Positions 16,279 to 25,854 are shown, counted from the stretch's first letter. The stretch is 39,822 nucleotides of DNA from Coriobacteriaceae bacterium (GCA_013824215.1 PNNM01000002.1:1-39822), one strand, 5' to 3'. Translations and numbers: made by a program. Notes: generated from the letters alone by a model not told the origin.

Positions 16279-17478
16279 ATGAGACGTAGCCGCGCTTTCA
16301 TAGCAGCGCTGCTCACCGCGGCGCTGTTCGCGTCTTCCTCGCCGGTCGCCCTCGGCACCGGTTGGGGCGAGGTCTCCGAACACCGCAGGGCCGCCGACGA
16401 GGCCCGCAGGCGCGCGGCCGCCGAGCGTGACGCGGCGAACCGCCTTGCCGCCGAGGCCCGGGCCCTCGACGAGACCATCGACGCCCTCGACGAGGAACTC
16501 GCCGCACTGGCTCCCGGCATCTCCTCGGCGGAGGAGCGGACCGATCGGCTCACCTCCGAGGTCGAGGCGCTGCGCACCCGCGTCGCCAGGACCGAGAGCG
16601 AGATCGCCAGCACCACCGCCGAGTTCGACCGGCAGAGCGAGCTGTTGGCCTCGCGTCTCCGCAGCACCTACAAGCAGGGTGAACTGTTCTACCTCGACCT
16701 TCTTCTCGGCGCCGATGACATCTCCGACCTCGTCGCGCGCACCACGCTCGTCAAGCGCGTGATCAAGTCGAACCAGGACACCGCCATCGCCCTGGCCGAC
16801 ACCAAGGCTGATCTCGTGTCCGCCGAGGCGCAGCTCGAGCGGGACCTGCAGGCGGTCAACCAGAAGCGCACCGAGGCGGCCGGCGAGGAGCGGCGCCTGA
16901 AGGACATGCGCGCGGTCCGGCGCTCGAAGATGGACGAGCAGGAGTCGGTGCAGGCCGCCAAGGTCTCGCTGATGAAGGTGAGCAAGGCCAACGCCGCCCG
17001 CCTCATGGCCGAGGCACTCGCCGAGGAGCGCGAGGCCGCCGCCATCGCAGCGACCTTGCGCGCCCGCGCCGGCGGCTCGGGGCTCTACGCGGGCACGATG
17101 TCGTGGCCGGTCCCGGCGAGCAGCCGCATCACCTCGTACTACGGCTGGCGGACCCACCCGATCCTGCGCACACGCCGCTTCCACCACGGACTCGACATCG
17201 GCGCGCCGAGCGGTTCGGCGATCGTCGCAGCCGGCACCGGCGAGGTCATCTGGGCCGGGTGGCGCGGAGGCTACGGCAAGGTCGTCATGATCGACCACGG
17301 CGAGGGCTGCGTCACCGTCTACGCCCATATGAGCAGCATCGGCGTGAGTGTCGGACAGGCCGTGGACCAGGGGCAGCGGATCGGCGCGGTCGGCTCCACC
17401 GGGCTCTCCACCGGGCCTCACCTGCACTTCGAGGTGCGCGCGAACGGCGAGAGCCGCAACCCGCTCGAGTACCTCTGA
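16279..17478 (+). CDS. EnvC-like secreted M23 family metallopeptidase with an N-terminal coiled coil
   Basis: Signal peptide, about 230 aa of heptad-like Ala/Glu/Arg sequence, then the M23 core with HHGLDIGAP and GLSTGPHLHFEV. Confidence 0.9.
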   Translation: MRRSRAFIAALLTAALFASSSPVALGTGWGEVSEHRRAADEARRRAAAERDAANRLAAEARALDETIDALDEELAALAPGISSAEERTDRLTSEVEALRTRVARTESEIASTTAEFDRQSELLASRLRSTYKQGELFYLDLLLGADDISDLVARTTLVKRVIKSNQDTAIALADTKADLVSAEAQLERDLQAVNQKRTEAAGEERRLKDMRAVRRSKMDEQESVQAAKVSLMKVSKANAARLMAEALAEEREAAAIAATLRARAGGSGLYAGTMSWPVPASSRITSYYGWRTHPILRTRRFHHGLDIGAPSGSAIVAAGTGEVIWAGWRGGYGKVVMIDHGEGCVTVYAHMSSIGVSVGQAVDQGQRIGAVGSTGLSTGPHLHFEVRANGESRNPLEYL

Positions 17479-17497
17479 GCACGGGCCGCCCGCGGCT

Positions 17498-18064
17498 TCA
17501 GTCCGCGTTGTACTCCTGCATCGCGCTCTCGATCCCGTACTCGAGCACGTGCATGACCGCCTGCGCGGCGACCGTGCATGCGGCGTCCAGCTCATCGAGC
17601 GCGTCACGCCTCATCGGCTGGAGCACGAAGTCGGCCGGGTCCATGCGCCCCGGCGGACGGCCCACCCCCACCCTCACGCGCAGGTAGTCACCGCCGCCGA
17701 GCCTCTCGGACAGCGAACGCAGGCCGTTGTGCCCGCCGTGGCCGCCTCCGCGCTTGACCCGCACGGCGCCGGCGGGCAGATCGATGTCGTCGTGGACCAC
17801 CACCATGCGCTCGAAGGCGATGTCGTAGGTCTCCACGAGCTTGGCGACGGCGGCTCCCGAGACGTTCATGAACGTCTGCGGTTCGGCCAGGAGCAGCTCC
17901 TCGTCGCCGAGGCGCACGTGCGCCACCTTCGCGCCGGCCTCGTCCTTCCAGTAGCTCGCGCAGAGGTTCTCCGCGAGGAGGTCCACGGCGACGAAGCCGG
18001 CGTTATGCCGGGTGTGCTCGTACTCAGGCCCGGGATTGCCGAGGCCGACGACCAGGAACGACAC
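17498..18064 (-). CDS. pth: Peptidyl-tRNA hydrolase
   Basis: FLVVGLGNPGPEYEHTRHNAGF..., GGHGGHNGLRS. GTG start. Confidence 0.95.
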   Translation of the reverse strand: MSFLVVGLGNPGPEYEHTRHNAGFVAVDLLAENLCASYWKDEAGAKVAHVRLGDEELLLAEPQTFMNVSGAAVAKLVETYDIAFERMVVVHDDIDLPAGAVRVKRGGGHGGHNGLRSLSERLGGGDYLRVRVGVGRPPGRMDPADFVLQPMRRDALDELDAACTVAAQAVMHVLEYGIESAMQEYNAD

Positions 18065-18076
18065 GGTGTCCTTCGT

Positions 18077-18718
18077 CTACTCCTCGGCCGCTTCCTCAGG
18101 CTTCTCGCCGATGACTTCGGGCTCAACGGCCTCTTCCACGACCTCTTCCTCGACCTCGACGCGCGGCGCGACGACGGAGCACACCACGGTCTCGGCCTCG
18201 TCGAGCACGGTCACACCCGCTGGGATGACGAGGTCCGAGACGTGGATGTTCATCCCGACCTCGAGCGGGGTGATGTCCGCCTCGATGTGGTCGGGCAGAT
18301 CCATCGGCAGCGCCTCGACGTTGATCTCGCGCAGGTTCGTGGCGACCACGCCGCCCGCGCGGACGCCCACCGAGTCCCCCACGATGTGGAGCGGGATCGC
18401 GGCGTGGATGGTCTGATCGGCCCGCACCGCGAGGAAGTCCACGTGCAGGAGCGTCCCCTTCACCGGGTTCGTCTGGTGCGTCTTGATGACCGCGTCCACC
18501 GGCTGGTCCTCACCCTCGATCTTCAGCTTGTACATGGCGGTGTGCCCGCCGGAGTGCACGAGCGCCAGCTCCAGGTCGTGGCGGTCGAGCGCGATGGCCA
18601 TGGCCTCGCGGCCGGTGCCGTAGAGCACGGCGGGGACCAGGTTCTGCCCGGCCAGGCGCCGGTTGGCCTTGCCGATGACATCGCGGCGGTGGGCCTGCAT
18701 CTGGTAGGTCTCGGTCAT
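18077..18718 (-). CDS. rplY: 50S ribosomal protein L25 / general stress protein Ctc
   Basis: GKANRRLAGQNLVPAVLYG..., HVDF, and an acidic C-terminal tail. ATG 18718; the rest of the 18077..19549 ORF overlaps prs. Confidence 0.9.
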   Translation of the reverse strand: MTETYQMQAHRRDVIGKANRRLAGQNLVPAVLYGTGREAMAIALDRHDLELALVHSGGHTAMYKLKIEGEDQPVDAVIKTHQTNPVKGTLLHVDFLAVRADQTIHAAIPLHIVGDSVGVRAGGVVATNLREINVEALPMDLPDHIEADITPLEVGMNIHVSDLVIPAGVTVLDEAETVVCSVVAPRVEVEEEVVEEAVEPEVIGEKPEEAAEE

Positions 18719-18774
18719 GTTCTCGTCATTCCTCTCAGGGGGCCGCCCGGTCGGATGGACCGTACGGCGCGTAC

Positions 18775-19734
18775 CTACAGCTGGAAGTCGGGGTCGAACA
18801 GCTCGGAGACGGACTCGTCGTTGAAGACGTTGGCGATGGCGTGGGCGAACAGCGGGGCCACGGACAGCACGCGGATGCGCTCGTTGCGCTCGTCCTCGGG
18901 CACCGGCACGGTGTTCGTGACGACGACCTCCTTGATCGGAGCGTCGTGTATGCGCTCGTAGGCAGGCGGCGAGAAGATGCCGTGGGTGGCGCAGACGTAG
19001 ATCTCGGAGGCGCCCTGCGCGATGAGCGCCTTGGCGCCCTCCGTGACCGATCCCGCGGTGTCTATCATGTCGTCGGAGATGATGCAGACCTTGCCCTCGA
19101 CCTCGCCGATGACATGGGTGATCTCCGCGACGTTGTGCTCGGGGCGCCCCTTGTGCAGGACCGCGAGACCGGCTCCCATCATGTCGGCGAACTTCTTGGC
19201 GACCTTCACGCGGCCGACGTCGGGCGAGACGATCACCACGTCCTCCAAACCGAGACCGCGGAAGTGGTCCTCCAGGATCGGCAGGGCCGTCAGATGGTTG
19301 ACCGCCAGGTCGAAGAAGCCCTGGATCTGGCCCTGGTGCAGGTCCATCGTGATGACCCGGCCGACGCCGGCGACGGTGAGCAGGTCGGCGACGAGCCGCG
19401 CGGTGATCGGCTCGCGAGCGGCCGTCTTCTTGTCCTGCCTCGCGTAGCCGTAGTGCGCGATGACCGCGGTGATCGTGCGCGCGCTCGCGCGCTTGGCCGC
19501 GTCCACCATGATGAGCAGTTCCATGAGCGTCGAGTTGACCGGCGAGCACACCGACTGGACGAGGAAGACGTCGGCGCCGCGCACCGATTCGAGGTAGCGC
19601 ACGTAGATCTCGCCGTTGGCGAACTGGCGGATCTTGATGTTGCCCAGTTCGACACCGAGATGCTCGGCGATGCCCTCGGCGAGCTCCGGGTTACTCGTCC
19701 CGGAGAACACCGTCATTCGCTTGGAATCGCACAT
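18775..19734 (-). CDS. prs: Ribose-phosphate pyrophosphokinase
   Basis: VFSGTSNPELAEGIAEHLG..., ARQDKK and DLHQGQIQGFF. GAGGAG lies 9 nt upstream of ATG 19734 and overlaps the glmU stop. Confidence 0.95.
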   Translation of the reverse strand: MCDSKRMTVFSGTSNPELAEGIAEHLGVELGNIKIRQFANGEIYVRYLESVRGADVFLVQSVCSPVNSTLMELLIMVDAAKRASARTITAVIAHYGYARQDKKTAAREPITARLVADLLTVAGVGRVITMDLHQGQIQGFFDLAVNHLTALPILEDHFRGLGLEDVVIVSPDVGRVKVAKKFADMMGAGLAVLHKGRPEHNVAEITHVIGEVEGKVCIISDDMIDTAGSVTEGAKALIAQGASEIYVCATHGIFSPPAYERIHDAPIKEVVVTNTVPVPEDERNERIRVLSVAPLFAHAIANVFNDESVSELFDPDFQL

Positions 19735-19747
19735 CCGTGCGCACTCC

Positions 19748-21139
19748 TCACTTCTCGTCCTTCGCGTTCTCTTCCCGCCCGGAGCGACGCCGCTCCGCCC
19801 AGCCTTCGAGATTGCGCTGCTCTGAGCGCTCCACCCCCAAGGCGCCCGGGGGCACGTCCTTGGCGATCGCGCTGCCGGCGCCCGTCACGGCGCCCTCGCC
19901 GATGCGGACCGGCGCAACGAGCATGGTATCAGAGCCGATGAACGCCCCGTCGCCGATCACGGTCGAGTGCTTCTGGTGACCGTCGTAGTTGCAGGTGATG
20001 GTGCCCGCGCCGACGTTCACGTCCCGCCCGATCTCAGCGTCCCCGATGTAGGAGAGGTGCGGGACCTTGGAGCCGGCGCCGACGCGGGAGTTCTTGATCT
20101 CGACACTCGCGCCCGCCTTCGCACCCGCGCCGAGCACGGTGCCGGGGCGCAGGTAGGCGACCGGCCCGACCGTCGCACCCGGGCCGACCTCGGCGCCCAC
20201 GAGCACGGACGAGTCGATGACGGCGTCGGCGCCGACGCGCGAATCGGTGATGCGGGTGTTCGGGCCGAGGACGGCGCGATCGCCGATGATCGTCTCGCCG
20301 GCAAGAAACGTCATCGGGGCGACGACCACGTCGCGGCCGATACGGACGCCCGGTGAGATCCACGCCAGCTCGGGCGCGACGATCGTCACGCCGGCCAGCA
20401 TGTGCGCCTCGTTCACGCGGGACTGGAGCGCGCGGGTGGCCTCGGCGAGTTGGACCCGCGAGTTGACTCCGAGCGTCTCGACAGCGTCGGCGGCCACGCA
20501 GGCCACCGCCCCCAGCCCTTCGGCGACGAACGTCTCGACCATGTCGGTCAGGTAGTACTCGCCCTGGGCGTTCTCGTTGCCGATGCGGTGCAGGTGCTCG
20601 AAGAGCACGCGCGCGTCGAAGCAGTACGTGCCGGTGTTGACCTCGCGGATGGCGGCCTCGTCCGCGGACGCGTCCTTCTGCTCGACGATGCGAGCCACGG
20701 CCCCGTCCGCGTCGCGCACGATGCGCCCGTAGCCCGACGGGTCCGGCATGACGGCCGTGAGCAGGCTCACCGCCGCGCCCGCGGATCCGCGCGCCTCGAC
20801 CAGCACGCGCAGGGTCTCGGGGCGCACGAGCGGGGTGTCGCCGGAGAGCACAAGGAGCGAGCCGTCGAAGTCCGCGAGCGCCTGGGCGGCGCACATGACC
20901 GCGTGCCCGGTGCCGAGCTGGCGGTCCTGGCGCACGAACTCGGCGTCGTCCAGCAGCCCCTCGACCACCTCGGCGCGGTGGCCGGTCACCACGACGGCGC
21001 GCTCGCAGCCCGCTTCTCGGGCGGCGTCGACGACGAGTCGGACCATGGGCACGCCGAGGACGGCGTGGGCGACCTTCGGCAGGTCGGACCGCATGCGGGT
21101 CCCCTCACCGGCGGCCAGGACGAGAGCGGCGATGCGCAT
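19748..21139 (-). CDS. glmU: Bifunctional UDP-N-acetylglucosamine pyrophosphorylase / GlcN-1-P acetyltransferase
   Basis: LAAGEGTRMRSDLPKV N-terminal nucleotidyltransferase domain, followed by C-terminal left-handed beta-helix hexapeptide repeats. Confidence 0.95.
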   Translation of the reverse strand: MRIAALVLAAGEGTRMRSDLPKVAHAVLGVPMVRLVVDAAREAGCERAVVVTGHRAEVVEGLLDDAEFVRQDRQLGTGHAVMCAAQALADFDGSLLVLSGDTPLVRPETLRVLVEARGSAGAAVSLLTAVMPDPSGYGRIVRDADGAVARIVEQKDASADEAAIREVNTGTYCFDARVLFEHLHRIGNENAQGEYYLTDMVETFVAEGLGAVACVAADAVETLGVNSRVQLAEATRALQSRVNEAHMLAGVTIVAPELAWISPGVRIGRDVVVAPMTFLAGETIIGDRAVLGPNTRITDSRVGADAVIDSSVLVGAEVGPGATVGPVAYLRPGTVLGAGAKAGASVEIKNSRVGAGSKVPHLSYIGDAEIGRDVNVGAGTITCNYDGHQKHSTVIGDGAFIGSDTMLVAPVRIGEGAVTGAGSAIAKDVPPGALGVERSEQRNLEGWAERRRSGREENAKDEK

Positions 21140-21206
21140 GGGAAGCGGCCCCTCACTGCACTGACGTCACGCGATGTGCCACCGGGAAGTGCCCCGGAGA
21201 AACGGC

Positions 21207-21280
21207 TGGCTGGGGCGGTAGGATTCGAACCTACGATCGGGGATCCAAAGTCCCCTGCCTTACCGCTTGGCTACGCCCCA
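21207..21280 (-). tRNA. tRNA-Gln (anticodon UUG), CCA encoded
   Basis: Minus strand reads TGGGGCGTAGCCAAGCGGTAAGGCAGGGGACTTTGGATCCCCGATCGTAGGTTCGAATCCTACCGCCCCAGCCA. It folds as a cloverleaf with anticodon loop CU-UUG-GA and a U1-A72 acceptor, and is closely similar to E. coli tRNA-Gln. Confidence 0.95.
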
Positions 21281-21293
21281 AGAGCGTACCCGA

Positions 21294-21323
21294 AGTCTAG
21301 GCAGCGGCGCCAACGGGGGTCAA
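21294..21323 (-). promoter_or_regulatory. Putative promoter of tRNA-Gln (and possibly the glmU-prs-ctc-pth genes)
   Basis: Minus strand reads TTGACC, 18 nt, TAGACT. The -10 ends 13 nt before the mature tRNA 5' end. Confidence 0.5.
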
Positions 21324-21359
21324 CCACCTGTAAGGACGCCGTGGCACCCGCAGGCCGGG

Positions 21360-21656
21360 TCAGCTCGGGGCCGGCGGCTCGTCCTCGGCGGCGAATGCGC
21401 GGATGCCGCCCTCGGCTGCGACCTGCGACATCACGGCGTCCTGGATGGCGTCGCGGGCCTCCGTGGTGATCGGGTGACATACGTCGCGGAAGCCGCCGTT
21501 GGGCAGCTTGCGGGAGGGCATCGCCACGAACACACCCTTCTCGCCGTTGACGACCCTCAGATCGTGGACCACGAGGGCGTCATCGATGACGACGCTCGCC
21601 AGGGCGCACACCTTGTGCATGTTCACCTTGCGGAGCGTGACCTTGGTGACCTTCAT
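21360..21656 (-). CDS. spoVG: Septation/regulatory protein SpoVG
   Basis: MKVTKVTLRKVN...ALASVVIDDALVVHDLRVVNGEKGVFVAMPSRK is the SpoVG signature. ATG 21656 chosen; the longer ORF start at 21767 is unsupported. Confidence 0.9.
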   Translation of the reverse strand: MKVTKVTLRKVNMHKVCALASVVIDDALVVHDLRVVNGEKGVFVAMPSRKLPNGGFRDVCHPITTEARDAIQDAVMSQVAAEGGIRAFAAEDEPPAPS

Positions 21657-21737
21657 CGAACGTCCACCCGCTCTCGACCCTAGACGCCCCGCGCCGAAGC
21701 GATCGGATGCCCTGAAGCAGCATCGTAACGGATGGCT

Positions 21738-21763
21738 ATTTCGACATGTATCGTCGATTTCCT
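21738..21763 (-). promoter_or_regulatory. Possible sigma-H-like promoter upstream of spoVG
   Basis: Minus strand reads AGGAAAT, 14 nt, GAAAT. This has the same architecture as the B. subtilis spoVG sigma-H promoter (AGGATTT, 14 nt, GAAT), with an imperfect -10. Confidence 0.3.
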
Positions 21764-22531
21764 TCATCGAGAGGCACGCTCGTAGAGTACTCGCTCGGCG
21801 ACGACCACGTCCACGGGCTTGTCGACGTCGGCGCCGATGGAGGCATGCTCGGTGAAGACGGCCACGCCCGTGCAGTCGAACAGCTGGCCGACCTTGGCCT
21901 CGACGTCCGCGGGGTGCAGCCGCCCGGTCAGCAGGCGGAAGACGAAGCGGAGGCCGAGCACGCGCAGCATGCCGGCCGCGTCCTTGCGCTTGTCGAACAG
22001 GTGTTGGCCGACCTTGTGCAGGCGCGGCACGATCTTGGGGTCGACCAGGACCATGTTGCCGCCTGTGGCCTCGCCGGTGGCGAGCCTGACGTACGTCCGC
22101 TGGCTGCCGGGATACTGCTCCAGCAGGGCCCGTTTCGGGACGAGCGGGTAGGCGAACTCGGCACCGCGCTCGATACTGCGCGCGACGAAGTCGTCCACAG
22201 CCTCGGGAGTCAGCATCGGGATGTCGCCCGTGGTCACCAGCACCGGCCGGTCCTCACGGAACGCGCGGACACCGGCCTCGACGTTGGCCATGAACTCGCC
22301 GTCCGAGACGACCAGTTTGTCCACGCGGTCGGCCCACAGGCCCAGGTCCTCGGCGGTGGGAACGACCACCGCTATCTCGGCGACCGAGGAAGACGCGCGC
22401 AGGGCGTCCGTGACCCACTCGATCATCGGCTTGCCGGCGATCGGGACCAGTCCCTTGAAGCGGCACGTCGGGTCGATGACGGCGCCGTCTCCGCCCGCCA
22501 GCACGACCGCGTCGACCGTGACGTCACTCAT
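21764..22531 (-). CDS. MobA-like NTP-transferase family protein (nucleotidyltransferase, specificity unknown)
   Basis: N-terminal VDAVVLAGGDG...GLVPIAGKPMIEW glycine-rich nucleotide-binding loop. 255 aa. Its start overlaps the ispE stop by 4 nt. Confidence 0.65.
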   Translation of the reverse strand: MSDVTVDAVVLAGGDGAVIDPTCRFKGLVPIAGKPMIEWVTDALRASSSVAEIAVVVPTAEDLGLWADRVDKLVVSDGEFMANVEAGVRAFREDRPVLVTTGDIPMLTPEAVDDFVARSIERGAEFAYPLVPKRALLEQYPGSQRTYVRLATGEATGGNMVLVDPKIVPRLHKVGQHLFDKRKDAAGMLRVLGLRFVFRLLTGRLHPADVEAKVGQLFDCTGVAVFTEHASIGADVDKPVDVVVAERVLYERASR

Positions 22532-23454
22532 CCGCGGCCTGGCGCATCGCGCGCACTGTCATCGTGCGCCGCGGCGCCCACGGTCCGCGCCCCGCCGGTC
22601 GTGCGCGTCGCCGCCGCCCACCAGCCGCGATCGCGCGCCGCGCCCGCGGCCTCCTGCGCGGCACTCCCCGTCTCGCACACGCCGAAGACCGCCGAGCCGG
22701 AGCCGCACATCTCGGAGCCGAGCACGCCGTCGGCGCCCGCCAGCAGCGCGAGCGCGTCCGTGATCGCGGGCACGAGCGCCGAGGACGCGGCCGTCATGTC
22801 GTTGTGCAGACGCGTCGCGACCTTGCGGTACTCGCCCGCCTCGAGCGCCTCGACGAGCCGCTCCGGACCCGGCGCCGGTGGTGGTCGCGCGGAATCGAAG
22901 GCGGCGTACGCCTCGGCGGTGGGGACGGGCTGCCTCGGCCATACCAGCACCATGTGGATGACCGGGGCGTCCAGTTCGCGCACCAGCTCGTCGCCGCGCC
23001 CGGTCATGAGCGCCGCGTTGCGGTACAGGAAGAACGGCACGTCGGCGCCGAGGGAGCGGGCCACCTCGAGCAGCTCGGGAGCGCTCGGGGGCAGGCCCCA
23101 GAGCCGCGCCAGACCACGGAGCACGGCCGCCGCGTCGGAACTGCCGCCGCCGAGTCCCGCGCCGGCGGGGACGCTCTTGCGCAGGGATATCGTGACGTCG
23201 GCGCTCCGCCCGAGCGCTCCGGCGAGCGCGACGGCCGCACGGTGCGCCAGGTTCCGCTCGGCGGCCAGCCCCAGGTCGGGCTCGCACCGCAGCGAGAGCC
23301 CGGCCGCGGGGGCGAGCTCCACCTCGTCGGCCAGCTCGAGGGCTTGGAGCACCGTCGTGACCTCGTGGTAGCCGTCGGCCCGCACGTCACCTACGCCGAG
23401 GTGCAGGTTCAGCTTGGCGGGCGCCTTCAGCGTGATGGGCGGGGTGTCCTGCAA
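22528..23454 (-). CDS. ispE: 4-diphosphocytidyl-2-C-methyl-D-erythritol kinase
   Basis: APAKLNLHLGVGDVRADGYHEV... and the GHMP kinase motif PAGAGLGGGSSDAAA. TTG start with AGGGAGG upstream. Confidence 0.9.
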   Translation of the reverse strand: MQDTPPITLKAPAKLNLHLGVGDVRADGYHEVTTVLQALELADEVELAPAAGLSLRCEPDLGLAAERNLAHRAAVALAGALGRSADVTISLRKSVPAGAGLGGGSSDAAAVLRGLARLWGLPPSAPELLEVARSLGADVPFFLYRNAALMTGRGDELVRELDAPVIHMVLVWPRQPVPTAEAYAAFDSARPPPAPGPERLVEALEAGEYRKVATRLHNDMTAASSALVPAITDALALLAGADGVLGSEMCGSGSAVFGVCETGSAAQEAAGAARDRGWWAAATRTTGGARTVGAAAHDDSARDAPGRG

Positions 23455-23471
23455 CGTGCCTCCCTCAACGG

Positions 23472-23499
23472 AAAACGCGGGGCACGACCATGCCCCGCG
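23472..23499 (-). terminator. Intrinsic terminator downstream of veg
   Basis: Minus strand reads CGCGGGGCA-TGGTCG-TGCCCCGCG (9-bp perfect GC-rich stem) followed by TTTTCCGTT. Confidence 0.7.
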
Positions 23500-23523
23500 C
23501 TCTCGTTGACAGATCCGGCCCGC

Positions 23524-23805
23524 CTAGTTCAACCAGGGGAAGACGCTCTCCCCGCTCTCGGGGTGCGTCAGCTCCACAGCGCCCGTCAGCACGTCGACGT
23601 AGCTGTAGGAGACGCGCGCGGTGCGATCCCGCTTCTCCTCGACCTTCAGCACGAACAGGCTCGGGTGCGTCTGCTCGAGCACACCCTCCCGCTCGAGGGT
23701 CTTGGAGCGCCCCATGTTGGCCTTCAGACGGACGCGGCTCCCCATCAGGGACTCGAGATCGGCCCGGATGCGGCCGACGACCTCCAACTGCCTGACTGCG
23801 TCCAT
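23524..23805 (-). CDS. veg: Veg family protein
   Basis: IRADLESLMGSRVRLKANMGRSKTLEREGVLEQTHPSLFVLKV... is the Veg/DUF1021 pattern. GGGAGG lies 8 nt upstream of the ATG. Confidence 0.85.
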   Translation of the reverse strand: MDAVRQLEVVGRIRADLESLMGSRVRLKANMGRSKTLEREGVLEQTHPSLFVLKVEEKRDRTARVSYSYVDVLTGAVELTHPESGESVFPWLN

Positions 23806-23834
23806 TCAGTAATCCTCCCTCAGGTTGCCGAATG

Positions 23835-23863
23835 AGTATAGGGGCGAAGCGGCCGAAACTCAA
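23835..23863 (-). promoter_or_regulatory. Near-consensus sigma-A-type promoter of veg
   Basis: Minus strand reads TTGAGT, 17 nt, TATACT, about 30 nt upstream of the veg ATG. The -35 overlaps the rsmA stop codon. Confidence 0.6.
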
Positions 23864-24714
23864 GGCAGAACGCCTGTTTCGCGCAGCACGGCACCGAGCG
23901 TCACATACTCGTCGACATCCAGTGTCTCGGCCCGCCTCGAACCGTCGATGCCGCAGGACCGGAGCGTCTCCTCGATCATGGACGTCGGCTGTGACAACGC
24001 CGAGGACAGCGAGTTGCGCAGCGTCTTGCGCCGCTGGGCGAACGCCGCGTTCGCGGCCGCGGCGGCCGCTCTCAGCAGCTCCGGCGGCTCGTCGCGGGGG
24101 GCTCTCTCGAGCCGGAGCACGGCCGAATCCACGCGCGGTGGAGGCAGGAAGCAGGTGCGTGGCACCGCGAAGCGCCCGGCCGAGCGCGCGAGCAAGCCGA
24201 GCTTGACGGTGTAGGCCCCGTAGTCCCTGCCGCCGGGAGACGCGGCCATCCGGTCGGCCACCTCGGCCTGCACCATCACGGTCGCGCTCGCGAGCGACGG
24301 GATCGTCTCGAAGAAGCGCAGGACCACCGTGGCGGCCACGTTGTAGGGCAGGTTGGCCACGAGCGCCTCGGGCTCCCCGAGCTCCCGCACGTCCATCCCC
24401 GCGGCATCGGCACGCACGATGCGCACGTTCCCGCAGGCGGCGATCGTCTCTTCCAGCGCCGGCAGCAGGGCCGCGTCCTTCTCGACGGCGAGCACGGAGC
24501 CCGCCGCTCGGCACAGCGCCGCCGTCAGCGTGCCGATCCCCGGTCCGACCTCGACCACACACTCGTCCCCGCGCAACGCCGCGAGCGTGAGGATCCGTCC
24601 GACGACGTTGTCGTCGACGAGGAAGTGCTGGCCGAGGGCCTTGCGGGTGCGCAGGCCGTGGCGCGCGAGGACGTCGAGAGTGGCCGAGGGCGTCGCCAGC
24701 GGCGAGTGGGGCAC
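23860..24714 (-). CDS. rsmA: 16S rRNA (adenine1518/1519-N6)-dimethyltransferase
   Basis: LGQHFLVDDNVVGRI and the SAM motif VVEVGPGIGTLT, then NLPYNVA. KsgA family. Confidence 0.95.
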   Translation of the reverse strand: MPHSPLATPSATLDVLARHGLRTRKALGQHFLVDDNVVGRILTLAALRGDECVVEVGPGIGTLTAALCRAAGSVLAVEKDAALLPALEETIAACGNVRIVRADAAGMDVRELGEPEALVANLPYNVAATVVLRFFETIPSLASATVMVQAEVADRMAASPGGRDYGAYTVKLGLLARSAGRFAVPRTCFLPPPRVDSAVLRLERAPRDEPPELLRAAAAAANAAFAQRRKTLRNSLSSALSQPTSMIEETLRSCGIDGSRRAETLDVDEYVTLGAVLRETGVLP

Positions 24715-24727
24715 GAGGTGCCCGCTT

Positions 24728-25798
24728 CTACGGGAGGATGGTGACGGTCACGGTGCGGCGCCCCCAGGTACGGGAGGCGGCCAGGGCGCTGCCGCGCCAG
24801 AAGCACACATCGATCTTGTTGCCGCGGATGGCGCCACCGGTGTCCGCCGCGATGGCGTACCCGTAGCCCGGGACGTACATCCTGGTGCCGAGCGGGATCA
24901 CCGACCGGTCCACCGCGACGATCCCCCAACCGGCGGGGACGTCGTAGAAGGCCAGCTTGCGCTCGATGACGCGCAGTCCGCCACAGCCCGCGTCCCACGG
25001 CGTGTACGCGGTCGAGCCGACGCTCAGGCGCCTGCCGGCCTTGGGAGCAGCGGCCTGGACGGCGGCGGGACGGGCCGAGTCCAGCGCGCGGACGGCGGCG
25101 ACCCGCTTGGGGCTCGCCGTGCCGACGACGACCACCTCAGCCACGGCCGGCTCCACGACACGCTCGGTCTTGAGCACGGGGGTGCCCGCCGCACCGTCGG
25201 TCACGACGACCTCGAGTACGCGGAGCGAGCGGCCAGCCTCACCCTCCTGCTTCACCTTGCGCGTACCCTTGGGCAGGTTCGGATCCTTGACAGTGCGCAC
25301 CGCGAACGGGATCGAGCGCTCCTCCTGGACGACCCGGCGGAAGACGTTGGTGACCTTGACGGTCATCCCGGGAGACAGAGCCGTGCCGAGCGCGGGCTCC
25401 ACGTGCATGCGCTGCGAGGGATCCTCTCCGGCAGCGACGAGCGCGTCGGCGACGGTCGCACCGAGCACGGTCATCTCGCGGGCCTCGCCGCCGATCTCGA
25501 CAGTGACCGGCACCGCGTGGCGGACGACCACGGTCACGCCGTCGTAGGTGCGCTCCTCGGGGGCGGGCGAGACGATGTCCGCGGCGGAAACGACGACGCC
25601 GGCCTCGGCGAGCAGGGAGGCGACGTCGGTGCATCTCGTCTTGGTGTAGGAGGTCTCCCCATCGACGATCAGGGTGACCCCTCTATCGGCCCAAACGAAT
25701 CCGGTGACTACTGAGGCTGCGATCGCGGCTGCGATGAGGACTGCGACGAAGTGGTGGGTCTTCAGGAAGCGTGCCGGGCCTCCCGGCCGTGTTCCCAT
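24728..25798 (-). CDS. YabE/RpfB-like cell-wall protein (TM anchor, DUF348 repeats, G5-like region, 3D domain)
   Basis: N-terminal TM; [14 protein letters not shown] and [13 protein letters not shown] repeats; [26 protein letters not shown] (G5-like); C-terminal [12 protein letters not shown]...[18 protein letters not shown] (3D domain). Same position as B. subtilis yabE and mycobacterial rpfB. Confidence 0.85.
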   Translation of the reverse strand: MGTRPGGPARFLKTHHFVAVLIAAAIAASVVTGFVWADRGVTLIVDGETSYTKTRCTDVASLLAEAGVVVSAADIVSPAPEERTYDGVTVVVRHAVPVTVEIGGEAREMTVLGATVADALVAAGEDPSQRMHVEPALGTALSPGMTVKVTNVFRRVVQEERSIPFAVRTVKDPNLPKGTRKVKQEGEAGRSLRVLEVVVTDGAAGTPVLKTERVVEPAVAEVVVVGTASPKRVAAVRALDSARPAAVQAAAPKAGRRLSVGSTAYTPWDAGCGGLRVIERKLAFYDVPAGWGIVAVDRSVIPLGTRMYVPGYGYAIAADTGGAIRGNKIDVCFWRGSALAASRTWGRRTVTVTILP

Positions 25799-25854
25799 CG
25801 AAGCCTTCCCGTCGGGTGCAGGACGCCCAGCCCGTCTCGAGGCGTGGGCTTCGA

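Noticed and set aside
21140-21360. tRNA-Gln as an integration hotspot or mobile-element border.
   Set aside because: No integrase, no direct repeat of the tRNA 3' end, and the flanking genes (spoVG, glmU) are the conserved housekeeping neighbours.
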